Virus record (IMG/VR): IMGVR_UViG_3300005918_000018
DNA length: 64,000 nucleotides
Origin: a virus
Taxonomy: Duplodnaviria; Heunggongvirae; Uroviricota; Caudoviricetes
Strand: one strand, 5' to 3'
Numbering within the stretch: the stretch's first letter is position 1; each line of letters starts with the position of its first letter. Below, in pieces: positions 57,378 through 64,000 of this stretch. The translations under genes were made by a program, and so were the position numbers. Under the pieces are notes generated by a model that worked only from the letters and a program-made list of their open reading frames with translations, did no database searches and was not told the DNA's origin.

Positions 57378-57450
57378 CAGCGGTGGCCGGATTCGAACCG
57401 ACGACCTGATGGGTATGAGCCACCCGAGCTGTCCTCTGCTCTACACCGCA
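57378..57450 (-). tRNA. tRNA-Met(CAU) copy 3 (no encoded CCA)
   Basis: Minus-strand read GCGGTGTAGAGCAGAGGACAGCTCGGGTGGCTCATACCCATC..GTCGGTTCGAATCCGGCCACCGCT. Confidence 0.65.
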
Positions 57451-57463
57451 AAAAAAGTTTTTC

Positions 57464-57499
57464 TCAATACAACAACCCACGACTTTTCAAAACTAAGCC
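57464..57499 (-). promoter_or_regulatory. conserved phage promoter-like motif copy 11
   Basis: Contains the TAG stop of the guanylate kinase gene (GGCTTAG). Sits upstream of tRNA-Met on the minus strand. Confidence 0.55.
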
Positions 57500-58053
57500 G
57501 TGTTTTTTATTATTCGGTATAAATCTTGTACTGTTTTTTCAATATCAACATTAATCAACTGATAGTCATATGTCTCAGCATCTTTGATTTCTTCTAATGC
57601 TCGGTTTAATCGTATTTGAATCACATCTTCAGTATCAGAACCTCTACCCCGAAGACGTTTTTCCATCTCATCCTTAGAAGGAGGTAACAAAAAGATTGTA
57701 GTAGCTTCAGGGAGTTTTGCTTTGACAGTTTCTTTTCCCTGAGTATCAATTACAAGGATTGCTCCGTCTCCGCAATCCCAAACAGTCTCCACATCAGACA
57801 TTAAAGTCCCATAAGATTGACCGTGGACTGTGGCATACTCAAGGAATTTGTTTGACTTAACTAAGATATTAAAAGAAAATTCTGTTAAAAACTGATAGTC
57901 AATACCATCTAATTCACCTTTACGAGGTTTTCTAGTGGTACAGGTTTTAACTTGTCTCCAGCCAGCATTAGAATATCTTTGGAGAAACCGATCCACTACG
58001 GTTGTTTTTCCAACTCCTGACGGTGCTGACAATATAACTAAATCTTTCGGCAT
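57493..58053 (-). CDS. gmk: guanylate kinase
   Basis: P-loop 'LSAPSGVGKTTV'. 'TTRKPRKGELDGIDYQF' is the GMP-binding signature. Confidence 0.8.
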   Translation of the reverse strand: MPKDLVILSAPSGVGKTTVVDRFLQRYSNAGWRQVKTCTTRKPRKGELDGIDYQFLTEFSFNILVKSNKFLEYATVHGQSYGTLMSDVETVWDCGDGAILVIDTQGKETVKAKLPEATTIFLLPPSKDEMEKRLRGRGSDTEDVIQIRLNRALEEIKDAETYDYQLINVDIEKTVQDLYRIIKNTA

Positions 58054-58125
58054 TCAATTTATCCAATCTTATTCAGATGGCTGATTTTCGTAACGATGGC
58101 TGAGGTCGAATCAAGTTCATCCATA

Positions 58126-58194
58126 TCAGGGATGAGCTTCAATCCATAGGATTGCTGCTTCTAATGATGTTGATTTAAACGGGTTAATAATCAT
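58126..58194 (-). CDS. very small ORF (22 aa) downstream of motif copy 12
   Basis: MIINPFKSTSLEAAILWIEAHP. A spacing-consistent ATG follows GTAAGAAAGAGAACCATT. Low confidence. Confidence 0.2.
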   Translation of the reverse strand: MIINPFKSTSLEAAILWIEAHP

Positions 58195-58205
58195 AATGGT
58201 TCTCT

Positions 58206-58244
58206 TTCTTACCTCAACAACCCACAAAAAAGAGAAACTAAGCC
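58206..58244 (-). promoter_or_regulatory. conserved phage promoter-like motif copy 12
   Basis: TTCTTACCTCAACAACCCACAAAAAAGAGAAACTAAGCC. Confidence 0.6.
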
Positions 58245-58253
58245 AAAAATAAA

Positions 58254-58329
58254 TGGAGCGGGAGACGGGACTCGAACCCGTGGCATCTACCTTGGGAAGG
58301 TAGTACTCTACCAACTGAGTTACACCCGC
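58254..58329 (-). tRNA. tRNA-Gly(CCC)
   Basis: Minus-strand read GCGGGTGTAACTCAGTTGGTAGAGTACTACCTTCCCAAGGTAG..ACGGGTTCGAGTCCCGTCTCCCGCTCCA. Confidence 0.65.
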
Positions 58330-58336
58330 GTTTTTA

Positions 58337-58726
58337 TTAAGCTTTGTTCAGGTAATCAGCAACTTTTTGAAGGTTACTTAAGAATCGGCCACCGTTTCGT
58401 TCAACCATCTCACCGACAGCTTGAAGGCTTGTTTTAGCTTCTTTACTGTAAGTAGCTGTTTTACTTGGGATATAGCAGAATACGGTTTTCTCTGGCCGTT
58501 TGTTGGAATCATCGACGACTTCGGCTATTGAATACACACCCTTCATATCCGGGGTGATGACATACAAGCAGAAATCACATTCCTCACGTTCCCTCAGTTC
58601 CGTTCTCTTGGCTGTTTCATCCCAGTTCTCTACGACAGGGTCAAAGAAATCAATGGTTAGTAATTGGATGAGTTCTTCTCTCCATGTTGTTTCAGCACAG
58701 GTACCACCTAAAAACACTCGTTTCAT
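58337..58726 (-). CDS. nucleoside 2-deoxyribosyltransferase-like protein
   Basis: 'RVFLGGTCAETTWREE' and 'DFCLYVITPDMKGVYSIAEVVD' resemble NDT/DUF4406 family signatures (weak). Confidence 0.4.
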   Translation of the reverse strand: MKRVFLGGTCAETTWREELIQLLTIDFFDPVVENWDETAKRTELREREECDFCLYVITPDMKGVYSIAEVVDDSNKRPEKTVFCYIPSKTATYSKEAKTSLQAVGEMVERNGGRFLSNLQKVADYLNKA

Positions 58727-58782
58727 TTGGGGTTCTCTTTTTCATCAAGGTTAAAAAAAAATGGAGCTGGGTCTTAAAGATC

Positions 58783-58962
58783 CTATTTTTTTTCTGCTGT
58801 AAGTGATGTGGGGCTGAAGGTTCCTTCAAGAAGGTCTTTTGCCTTAAACCAAAGGCAAAAGAAATTTCCATTTTTGTCTTTTTCAGATATTGTCATCATA
58901 GGACCGCCTGATTTTAATTCAACTACATCCCCTATTTTCAATTCTTGGTTGTCAGTACTCAT
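58783..58962 (-). CDS. DUF2158-like small protein (unlisted ORF)
   Basis: 59 aa, 'MSTDNQELKIGDVVELKSGGPMMTISEKDKNGNFFCLWF', the DUF2158 (YodC-like) pattern FKxGDxVxLKSGGPxMTV. The plus-strand ORF 58808..58996 is its antisense artefact. Confidence 0.5.
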   Translation of the reverse strand: MSTDNQELKIGDVVELKSGGPMMTISEKDKNGNFFCLWFKAKDLLEGTFSPTSLTAEKK

Positions 58963-59030
58963 AGCATCTCACTTTCATTGTAAAGGGTTTTTCTGATAGC
59001 AACTATCATACTATACCCAAAGAATAAAAA

Positions 59031-59106
59031 TGGAGCAGATAACGGGGTACGATCCCGTAGCCTTCGGATTGGCAACCCGATGCTCTACCAGTTGAGCTAT
59101 ATCTGC
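59031..59106 (-). tRNA. tRNA-Gly(GCC)
   Basis: Minus-strand read GCAGATATAGCTCAACTGGTAGAGCATCGGGTTGCCAATCCGA..ACGGGATCGTACCCCGTTATCTGCTCCA. Confidence 0.65.
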
Positions 59107-59116
59107 ATTATTACTA

Positions 59117-59192
59117 TGGATGAGGTGGAAAGGTTTGAACTTTCGACATTCGGATTCAGAGACCGATGCTCTACCAACTGAGCTACACCTCA
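59117..59192 (-). tRNA. tRNA-Gln(CUG) (tentative)
   Basis: Minus-strand acceptor TGAGGTG/CACCTCA plus T-CCA. Anticodon loop CTCTGAA. T-arm GAAAG-TTCAAAC-CTTTC. Confidence 0.55.
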
Positions 59193-59203
59193 ATAATTAT
59201 AAA

Positions 59204-59280
59204 TGGTACATCTGACAGGACTCGAACCTGTGGTCCCTGGTTTCGTAGACCAGTGCTTTATCCATCTAAGCTACAGATGC
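59204..59280 (-). tRNA. tRNA-Arg(ACG)
   Basis: Minus-strand read GCATCTGTAGCTTAGATGGATAAAGCACTGGTCTACGAAACCAG..CAGGTTCGAGTCCTGTCAGATGTACCA. Confidence 0.7.
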
Positions 59281-59287
59281 TTAATTG

Positions 59288-59587
59288 TTAGAGTAAGGAA
59301 AGTCTTCGGAAAATTTCTCCGGTATGCACGGTGGCCAGAGCAGTTACTTGGTCACCAATATCAGGTTCCCGGAACACCTTGAAAGGGATATCGTTCCCTT
59401 CCAATCGTCTCCTCCAGGTTTTCAGTTGCCTTCGGCCACTGACTCCCAAGATGATCATAGTTCCGTTCTTCCACTTTGTTTTGGGTCCTCTCAGAAGCCA
59501 CTCAGCTACGGCATGGCCGGACTGAACAACTTGCTGGGACATCGGTAAGTCCCTACGGACTAAGACGTATAATTTTTGTTCTTCCAT
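59288..59587 (-). CDS. peptidyl-tRNA hydrolase, PTH2 family
   Basis: 'VLVRRDLPMSQQVVQSGHAV' matches the Pth2 signature VxRxDLxMxxGKxxAQxxHA. Length 99 aa. Confidence 0.6.
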   Translation of the reverse strand: MEEQKLYVLVRRDLPMSQQVVQSGHAVAEWLLRGPKTKWKNGTMIILGVSGRRQLKTWRRRLEGNDIPFKVFREPDIGDQVTALATVHTGEIFRRLSLL

Positions 59588-59619
59588 TAGGAACTCCTAT
59601 AAATATTGGTACGTGATAC

Positions 59620-60359
59620 TGGGATTTAATTTCAATATTCATTAAATTGCCATCTCCTTATAGGAGGTGTTGATTATGATCCCTTTATATACCCCAGAAG
59701 AATTCGAGAATGCTAAGTCCAGAGAGAAACTCCCCATCAAATGTAAACGCTGTGGAAAAACATTTTATAAGACCAAACATGTTGTGTATATGACATTCTC
59801 AAAGACATCTACCACAAATGATTTCTGTAGCAGATTTTGTAGTTCTAAATATCTTCATGAAAGCCGCTGTGTTGATTTTGACTGTGAGCAATGTGGAAAA
59901 CACACCAGTAATATCTTATCTGAATTTAATAGAAACAAACACCATTTCTGTTCTCGGTCTTGCTCTGCTACCTATTATAACCAAAGGAAACAAACAGGAA
60001 TCCGAAGGTCAAAATTTGAAGTCTGGGTTGAAGAACAGTTGGTCTCCTTGTACCCAAATCTTGAATTTCACTTTAATAGGAAAGATACAATCCAATCGGA
60101 ACTTGATATTTATATCCCATCTCTTAAATTAGCTTTTGAGATAAATGGTATTTTCCATTATGAACCCATCTTTGGTCAAGATAAACTTGACCGAACTCAA
60201 AAGAATGAAAAAGGAAAGTTTGCAGCTTGTTTTGAAAAGAACATTAGCCTTTGTATAATTGATATTAGCACTTTAAATTATTTTAAACCAAAAAAGGCTC
60301 AAAAGTTCCTTGATATTATTACTACTATCATTGATCAAACTCTTAGCCTGGAGTCTTAA
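59620..60359 (+). repeat. dispersed paralogous cassette C
   Basis: Leader CAATATTCATTAAATTGCCATCTCCTTATAGGAGGTGTTGATT plus CDS. Confidence 0.7.
59667..60359 (+). CDS. Zn-ribbon + putative nuclease-like protein, paralog C
   Basis: 230 aa. Same architecture as paralogs A and B. Confidence 0.6.
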   Translation: MLIMIPLYTPEEFENAKSREKLPIKCKRCGKTFYKTKHVVYMTFSKTSTTNDFCSRFCSSKYLHESRCVDFDCEQCGKHTSNILSEFNRNKHHFCSRSCSATYYNQRKQTGIRRSKFEVWVEEQLVSLYPNLEFHFNRKDTIQSELDIYIPSLKLAFEINGIFHYEPIFGQDKLDRTQKNEKGKFAACFEKNISLCIIDISTLNYFKPKKAQKFLDIITTIIDQTLSLES

Positions 60360-60376
60360 TCACGCATGATTTTAAA

Positions 60377-60451
60377 TGGTACGGGAGGAGGGTTTCGAAC
60401 CCCCAGCTTCTGCCTTGTAGGGACAGATTTCTACCATTGAATTACTCCCGC
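60377..60451 (-). tRNA. tRNA-Val(UAC)
   Basis: Minus-strand read GCGGGAGTAATTCAATGGTAGAAATCTGTCCCTACAAGGCAG..GGGGGTTCGAAACCCTCCTCCCGTACCA. Confidence 0.65.
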
Positions 60452-60456
60452 ATGAA

Positions 60457-61101
60457 TTATTTGACTTCGTTAGCTGCTATCGGTTTGCCTGTCAGGAGAT
60501 TTTTCCATCGGACAGCCACGATAGGTAATATGGTAAAAATTGACAGGAGAGCCTGCCAGTTTATTAAGAACCAGTCAGCATAGATTAACACTGTCGGCTG
60601 GTCTTTTTTTAATTTTGGGTCATCCCTATAAGCTAATAAGGTGAGTTTTTCCAATTCTTTTGCTTCTTCTGCTTCACTGAGGATGTGTTTACGAAGGAGT
60701 GCCCGTTCTTCTCTTTTTAAAGAACTGATCTCTCTCTGGATAAAATCTATTATTTCATCCTTTGCATCATCCCCATCAGCAATAAGGCTTTGTAGATATT
60801 TACGTTCGTCTCGAATCTGACGTAAACTTCTGTCAGCTTGTCGGCCTCCAAATAGATTTCTTGGTTTTTTCTTCTTGGCCGATCTCTTTGATAACTCCCC
60901 AATCTCAGGAATATCTTCTTTGAATACTAATCCGTCAAGGTCTGATTTGATAGCAGATTTAGGTTGAGATTTAGGTTGGGGGGCATCAATTACTAATCCA
61001 ACCTCACCGCTTATTAGGTAAGGAGGAATCCAAATACCTAATTGTATGAAAACTATGATGAGAATTAACCATCGAGCCTTGATTGTTTTAAGCCATTTCA
61101 T
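60457..61101 (-). CDS. membrane-anchored coiled-coil protein
   Basis: 214 aa. N-terminal TM (WLILIIVFIQLGIWIPPYLI). Charged helical C-terminal region. Confidence 0.5.
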   Translation of the reverse strand: MKWLKTIKARWLILIIVFIQLGIWIPPYLISGEVGLVIDAPQPKSQPKSAIKSDLDGLVFKEDIPEIGELSKRSAKKKKPRNLFGGRQADRSLRQIRDERKYLQSLIADGDDAKDEIIDFIQREISSLKREERALLRKHILSEAEEAKELEKLTLLAYRDDPKLKKDQPTVLIYADWFLINWQALLSIFTILPIVAVRWKNLLTGKPIAANEVK

Positions 61102-61143
61102 AGTAGACCTCCTATAGAAGGAGAGGTATCAAATAAAAACCGT

Positions 61144-61476
61144 CTATTCCCCAAGCCTGTCTTTTATATGTTCATCCTTAATAGCCCTTAACTCAATTAA
61201 CCATCGGGCTAATTGGTCAGTGTATTCAGCTAATTCAGGATTGTCATATTGGGCACAGTCAAGGACAGTCTCCTCAGCATGTTTGATTGCCTCTGTGAGC
61301 TTCATAATCTCCCCTGCTGGATTGCATCGAGGACATTGTTTGATAGAGCAGTACGTGAGCAGCGGAGGCCTTTCTTTGCCTGTTGGCACTTCGGAAGACT
61401 CCAATGAAAACCCTTTAAGGTTTGCATCTGAGAGATACCCAGAATAGAAGTGGTTACATTTTTCACATTTAGGCAT
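61144..61476 (-). CDS. zinc-ribbon protein
   Basis: 110 aa. CEKCNH..CPRCNP. Confidence 0.45.
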   Translation of the reverse strand: MPKCEKCNHFYSGYLSDANLKGFSLESSEVPTGKERPPLLTYCSIKQCPRCNPAGEIMKLTEAIKHAEETVLDCAQYDNPELAEYTDQLARWLIELRAIKDEHIKDRLGE

Positions 61477-61491
61477 CTTGTTACCTCACAG

Positions 61492-61731
61492 TTAAAATTG
61501 GAAAGGTTCGTCCATCTTAATCATAGCTCTAGTACCCTCTAACATCCTGCCTAATCCGTTTCTTGCTGTCAAGGATTTGTAGTCATCTACCCATAATTTA
61601 ATGAGTCCTTGTTTCGATTCAGGCTTTTTATCTAATGCTTCTCTTTCTTCATCAGAAAGAGCTTTCATACGTTTCTCATGGTTTTCATGAGAAACCTCAT
61701 AACATACTCGGTCTATACGATACATAATCGT
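61492..61731 (-). CDS. hypothetical protein
   Basis: Probable start MYRIDRV. The listed ORF extends into tRNA-Lys. Confidence 0.4.
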   Translation of the reverse strand, partial: TIMYRIDRVCYEVSHENHEKRMKALSDEEREALDKKPESKQGLIKLWVDDYKSLTARNGLGRMLEGTRAMIKMDEPFQF

Positions 61732-61749
61732 TACCTCATAGTTAAAAAA

Positions 61750-61826
61750 TGGTAGACCCAGTGGGAATCGAACCCACAACCTTCGGATTAAGAGTCCGCT
61801 GCTCTGCCTGATTGAGCTACAAGTCC
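61750..61826 (-). tRNA. tRNA-Lys(CUU)
   Basis: Minus-strand read GGACTTGTAGCTCAATCAGGCAGAGCAGCGGACTCTTAATCCGA..GTGGGTTCGATTCCCACTGGGTCTACCA. The acceptor has several G-U pairs. Confidence 0.55.
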
Positions 61827-61845
61827 ATAAAACGATTGACAAGAT

Positions 61846-61874
61846 ATTCTACCCTCGATATACAATAATTACCT
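61846..61874 (+). promoter_or_regulatory. sigma70-like promoter (TTGACA-N17-TATACA)
   Basis: TTGACAagatattctaccctcgaTATACAAT, upstream of 61904. AGGAGG RBS. Confidence 0.35.
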
Positions 61875-61903
61875 TTTGGGGTATTATATATAAGGAGGTT
61901 CTA

Positions 61904-62170
61904 ATGTCTCGAAGTTATAAAAAATCTCTTGCCGGTGTTCTACACTACGGCAGAGAAAATAAAAAAGGAAAACGAAGGACACATAAAGAATTAAGAGCTA
62001 AAGTGAGAGCTCTGATTCACCGATTGATGGGGAACCCTGAAGAAGAACATACGATCCCTGATATCCGAGATGTTCATATGAGTCCTGATAAGGATGTTCA
62101 TCAAGATGATACCCGAGAGTTCTATAACCCCTTCTTAGAAGAATTCCCAAAAAAACTAATGAAAAAATAA
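61904..62170 (+). CDS. small basic hypothetical protein
   Basis: 88 aa. AGGAGG RBS. Confidence 0.5.
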   Translation: MSRSYKKSLAGVLHYGRENKKGKRRTHKELRAKVRALIHRLMGNPEEEHTIPDIRDVHMSPDKDVHQDDTREFYNPFLEEFPKKLMKK

Positions 62171-62171
62171 A

Positions 62172-62248
62172 TGGTACCCGTGGTAGGACTCAAACCTACA
62201 ATTTTCGGAATAGAAATCCGCTGCCTTATTCAGTTAGGCTACACGGGC
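62172..62248 (-). tRNA. tRNA-Arg(UCU)
   Basis: Minus-strand read GCCCGTGTAGCCTAACTGAATAAGGCAGCGGATTTCTATTCCGA..GTAGGTTTGAGTCCTACCACGGGTACCA. Confidence 0.65.
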
Positions 62249-62253
62249 AAAAA

Positions 62254-62323
62254 TGGTGGGAATCGAACCCTTTCGAGTCCACACATCCGAAGATATGCCT
62301 GTGTTCGTCAACACAGGATTCCC
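62254..62323 (-). ncRNA. atypical tRNA-like element (70 nt)
   Basis: Perfect acceptor GGGAATC/GATTCCC plus A-CCA and a T-loop TTCGATT. The body is two perfect hairpins (CCTGTGTT-GACG-AACACAGG; CATATC-TTCG-GATGTG) rather than D and anticodon arms. Confidence 0.4.
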
Positions 62324-62329
62324 GTAAAA

Positions 62330-62407
62330 TGGTCGGGCTGCTGGGGCTTGAACCCAGAAATCTTCGGTGTAGGAGACCGCTGCTCTATCCAGTTGAGCCA
62401 CAACCCG
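62330..62407 (-). tRNA. tRNA-Arg(CCU)
   Basis: Minus-strand read CGGGTTGTGGCTCAACTGGATAGAGCAGCGGTCTCCTACACCG..CTGGGTTCAAGCCCCAGCAGCCCGACCA. Confidence 0.65.
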
Positions 62408-62408
62408 A

Positions 62409-62741
62409 TTATTTGTACTTACGAATCCCACGAAACCCTGTCATTTGGATAGGTTCGGTGTCATATAAAGGACCAGACCTTTGAATGTATTTACCTGCTG
62501 GCCATACCACACCAGTTGTTGCACATTTCCAATCATGAGGGTATTCTTTCAGCCCTACAATCCTCATCCAACCTCGAACATTACCGTTCCAGAGAAGGTA
62601 GCATTTATCTCCCACCTTCATTTCTTTTGGGAAATACCGTGTTTTGTAGTTCATACGGAACTTCCCGTCTTCTACGGCATCTAATTCTTTCTGGTAATCA
62701 TCCCAGGATATTGTTTTCGGGATTGTGACAATCCAGTCCAT
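62409..62741 (-). CDS. ASCH/PUA-like small protein (weak)
   Basis: 110 aa. 'KVGDKCYLLWNGNVRGWMRIVG' looks beta-barrel-like. Confidence 0.3.
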   Translation of the reverse strand: MDWIVTIPKTISWDDYQKELDAVEDGKFRMNYKTRYFPKEMKVGDKCYLLWNGNVRGWMRIVGLKEYPHDWKCATTGVVWPAGKYIQRSGPLYDTEPIQMTGFRGIRKYK

Positions 62742-62755
62742 GAGAACTCCTTAAA

Positions 62756-62839
62756 TGGCGGAAGAGACAGGAGTCGAACCTGCTAATGTTTTACCACCGA
62801 CGGTTTTCAAGACCGCTTCCCACCGTTAGGCTCCCTTCC
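62756..62839 (-). tRNA. tRNA-Ser(UGA), type II
   Basis: Minus-strand read GGAAGGGAGCCTAACGGTGGGAAGCGGTCTTGAAAACCGTC..GCAGGTTCGACTCCTGTCTCTTCCGCCA. Confidence 0.6.
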
Positions 62840-63024
62840 AAAATAAAATGCAGAGTAGGATTGATTACCCACGAAACTGACGGTTTATCACGGCCTCCAT
62901 GTAGTGTGACGGGTACTTCAACTAAACTACATACTTCCGTGTTTTCCCTGTTGTCAGATGTCCCTCGTGCAAAGGGCTAGGCCTCAAGTACCAGTTCCAG
63001 CCGTTGTCTGCAAAATTAAAGAAC

Positions 63025-63420
63025 TTAACCCAATTCCTCAATCATTTTATTGATGTCTTCCTTGGACAGATTTTGCATATCATCTGTCTCTTTCTGAGCC
63101 AAGAGGTTCATCAAGAACTGCTTTCTCTCCTTGTTGCTCTTAGCTTTCAGAACAGCTTCGTTCTCAGCTTTGCGTACCTGGATGACATGTTTGACGATAT
63201 CAAATTTGTTCTTGGAAGTTTCATCAACTTTTTTTACATCATCCACAAAGGAAACCACGTCAGAAGCTTCTTTTGTTTCTTTGTACAAATCCAGGGCAAT
63301 ACTATTGAGATTAGCTTTGCCAGTCTTGGAGGTTAAAGGTATGTCCCAAAGGTCTTCAGTGGTAAGATTACCTTGTGGGGTGTTAAATCGGAATTTCTGT
63401 CTTGTTGCTTTTTCAAACAT
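63025..63420 (-). CDS. hypothetical protein
   Basis: 131 aa, Lys/Glu-rich. Confidence 0.45.
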   Translation of the reverse strand: MFEKATRQKFRFNTPQGNLTTEDLWDIPLTSKTGKANLNSIALDLYKETKEASDVVSFVDDVKKVDETSKNKFDIVKHVIQVRKAENEAVLKAKSNKERKQFLMNLLAQKETDDMQNLSKEDINKMIEELG

Positions 63421-63436
63421 CTGATTTTCCTTTCAA

Positions 63437-63988
63437 TTAGAAAATGATTTTAATATCCCGTCTGAACGACCCTCTTACTCGGCACACTACCGAGTTTTTC
63501 TTCGTAGAGGAGAACCCCAGACCAGATAACTGATTGTCAGTACCTTCTATCGTTGTTTTGGAACCGACGATTTCAAGAACTTTACGGTGTTTATCAAGTT
63601 CGGTTGTGAGAAATTCATTGAAGAACCCACGAGCCTTGCCTTCATGCTTACAGCCTTCCAAGAAGAAGAAACAATGTCTGTTTCCTACTGGTTTGTCACC
63701 CCAATAGTTCGGGGAAAACATTACAGTCTGTACCTTATGGAAAGACTGAGTTGTAACATTCCAGATCGTCTTCGGAGTTTGACTGGTCGGTAAGGACGAA
63801 AGAATCTTGAATACTCCATCCTTGTACTGGATTCGAGCTACCTCTACAGTTTTCTTTGAAGGGAGGGCATTTGGGTAACTCATATGGAAAATGTTACCGT
63901 CAAATTCAATCTCTACTTCAAATCCTACATTCGTAGTGTTTCTCTTAGAATACTGATTAACACTGAGAACATAGATACCATTCTTCAT
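63437..63988 (-). CDS. hypothetical protein
   Basis: 183 aa. Confidence 0.45.
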   Translation of the reverse strand: MKNGIYVLSVNQYSKRNTTNVGFEVEIEFDGNIFHMSYPNALPSKKTVEVARIQYKDGVFKILSSLPTSQTPKTIWNVTTQSFHKVQTVMFSPNYWGDKPVGNRHCFFFLEGCKHEGKARGFFNEFLTTELDKHRKVLEIVGSKTTIEGTDNQLSGLGFSSTKKNSVVCRVRGSFRRDIKIIF

Positions 63989-64000
63989 CTTACGACGGTT

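Noticed and set aside
58808-58996. 62-aa plus ORF
   Set aside because: Antisense to a well-formed DUF2158-like minus-strand ORF that has an RBS.
62254-62323. Canonical tRNA call
   Set aside because: No D-arm or 7-nt anticodon loop can be drawn. Only acceptor, T-loop and CCA are tRNA-like, so it is reported as a tRNA-like element.

Overview
This window reads as a ~40% GC segment of a large (jumbo/huge-type) bacteriophage genome. Genes are densely packed on both strands, with at least 36 tRNA genes plus two tRNA-like elements, and a tmRNA (ssrA) on the minus strand that had been masked by a spurious plus-strand ORF. Translation and tRNA-maintenance genes include ThrRS, an RtcB RNA ligase, a PTH2-type peptidyl-tRNA hydrolase, a SpoU/TrmH methyltransferase and CoaD. 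A T4-like nucleotide-metabolism block carries RNase HII, dCMP deaminase, a gp1-like dNMP kinase, dUTPase and guanylate kinase. Also present are GroEL, an HU-like protein, an endolysin (PG-binding + M15 peptidase), a MucR-Zn-finger-CobS/MoxR-like AAA+ ATPase paired divergently with a CobT-like vWA protein, an SPFH/flotillin-like protein, a signalling-enzyme set (HD (p)ppGpp hydrolase-like, dual-specificity phosphatase, metallophosphoesterase, CYTH, MBL hydrolase), a split UxaA-family dehydratase, and many homing-type nucleases (HNH x4-5, LAGLIDADG, PD-(D/E)XK). Not captured by any ORF track are: (1) a ~40-bp conserved motif, GGCTTAGTTT-N7-10-TTGTGGGTTGTTGTAGTAAGAAAG on the coding strand, present in at least 12 copies upstream of protein and RNA genes, sometimes back-to-back as divergent pairs and sometimes supplying the upstream gene's TAG stop; I read it as a phage-specific promoter, possibly recognised by the two sigma-like proteins at the window start. 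(2) Two ORF-free structured regions (~310 nt and ~820 nt), each immediately downstream of a motif copy. (3) Nuclease genes fused in frame onto tRNA 5' ends and flanked by duplicated tRNA 5' fragments. (4) Three ~750-bp dispersed paralogous cassettes (Zn-ribbon/nuclease-like) sharing a conserved 5' leader hairpin that masks the Shine-Dalgarno. All calls rest on reading the sequence and motif recognition by eye; no database searches were run.
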